Positions 63,027 to 64,000 of a stretch of DNA of 64,000 nt are shown here, piece by piece (position 1 is the first letter of the stretch; the number at the start of each line of letters is the position of its first letter). A model generated the notes under the pieces. The model was not told the origin of the DNA. It worked only from the letters and a program-made list of their open reading frames with translations, and did not search any database. Position numbers and translations under genes: made by a program. The DNA lies in assembly GCA_963749705.1 (NCBI GenBank), contig CAVVNQ010000015.1:96001-160000 (forward strand), in the 5' to 3' direction. This DNA is from an uncultured Chloroflexia bacterium. GTDB taxonomy: Bacteria; Chloroflexota; Limnocylindria; Limnocylindrales; CSP1-4.

Positions 63027-64000
63027 GTGACGGACCAGGGACGGTCGCCGCTCCCCGAACCGGCCGCTCGCCACGCGGGCAACAGCCCCGATGGGCCCGT
63101 CGTTCCGGGCGCGGCAGCCGCGGGCGGGATGCCGGCAATGACCGAGGACGACATCGTTGCCGCGACCGGCGGCACGCTCCTGCACCGGGGCTCGCGGGCA
63201 GTCCGCGGCGCCGCCGTGGACTCGCGGCTGGTCGCGCCCGGCGAGCTGTTCGTCGCCCTGGCGGGGGAGCGCACGGACGGGCATCGCTACCTCGCCGAGG
63301 CGTCGCGGGCCGGTGCCGCGGCCATCCTCGTCGGGCGCCGCCCTGCGCTGGACGCCGGCGAGCCGCCGCACGACACGCTGGGCGACGTGAGCGTCGTGCT
63401 GGTGCCCGATCCACTGCGAGCGCTGCAAGGGGTTGCCGCGGCCTGGCGCACGCGCTTCGCACCGCTGGTGGTCGGGATCACCGGCAGCATCGCCAAGACG
63501 TCGACCAAGGAGGCCGTCGCGGCCGTGCTGTCCGGGCGGTTCAGGACGCTGCGAAGCGAGGGCAACCAGAACAACGAGATCGGCCTGCCACTGACGATCC
63601 TGCGCCTCGGCCCCGAGCACGAGGCCGCGGTGCTCGAGATGGGGATGTACGTGGGCGGCGAGATCCGGGACCTGGCCGCGATCGCGCGGCCGTCGATCGG
63701 CGTCGTCACCGCGGTCCAGCCTGTCCACCTGTCGCGGATCGGGTCGATCGACGCGATCGAGGATGCCAAGGCCGAGCTCGTGGAGGCACTGCCCGCGGCC
63801 GCCGATGGCGGGGTCGCGGTGCTCAATGCCGATGACCCGCGGGTGCGGCGGATGGCGGATCGGACGGCGGCGTGGCCGTTGACCTACGGGTTCGCCGACG
63901 ATGCCGACGTGCGCGCTGTCGACGTCGAGTCGCTCGGCCTCGGCGGCATGCGCTTCCGGCTGGTCGCGCCGGGTGGCGAGCGCCTCGCAACGACGTCCGG
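63027..64000 (+). CDS. murF: UDP-MurNAc-tripeptide:D-Ala-D-Ala ligase, 3'-truncated
   Basis: VDSR..LFVAL.GERTDGH, GITGSIAKTSTKE, GNQNNEIGLPLT and VLEMGM motifs. Confidence 0.92.
   Translation, partial: MTDQGRSPLPEPAARHAGNSPDGPVVPGAAAAGGMPAMTEDDIVAATGGTLLHRGSRAVRGAAVDSRLVAPGELFVALAGERTDGHRYLAEASRAGAAAILVGRRPALDAGEPPHDTLGDVSVVLVPDPLRALQGVAAAWRTRFAPLVVGITGSIAKTSTKEAVAAVLSGRFRTLRSEGNQNNEIGLPLTILRLGPEHEAAVLEMGMYVGGEIRDLAAIARPSIGVVTAVQPVHLSRIGSIDAIEDAKAELVEALPAAADGGVAVLNADDPRVRRMADRTAAWPLTYGFADDADVRAVDVESLGLGGMRFRLVAPGGERLATTS

Overview
Very GC-rich bacterial chromosomal segment. Gene content and order suggest Chloroflexota, possibly Limnocylindria-like; this is an inference and was not tested. 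Order: dnaG(partial)-rpoD, a serine hydrolase, a sugar ABC operon, a di-heme peroxidase, a sulfurtransferase and tRNA-Asn. A ~25 kb accessory-type stretch follows: a giant SARP-pseudokinase-STAND-TM-SBP receptor, a vapBC pair, TetR/HxlR/MarR/PadR modules, two ABC-2 exporters and a Psp/Lia/LemA envelope-stress cluster. Then come lipid genes, parAB, a propionyl-CoA/methylmalonyl-CoA plus TCA supercluster, rnhA, rnpB and the start of the dcw cluster (mraZ-rsmH-orf-ftsL-ftsI-murF). The most notable unannotated signal is a 16-bp palindrome, consensus GTCYTTGCGCAAAGAC, which I saw four times within ~5 kb of parAB and nowhere else in the window. Two copies lie inside genes and force rare codons. The adjacent ParB has non-canonical DNA-specificity residues and its operon has DnaA boxes upstream. 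Together these suggest a chromosomal ParABS system with a non-canonical parS. Three genes carry single-base insertions that are probably sequencing errors.
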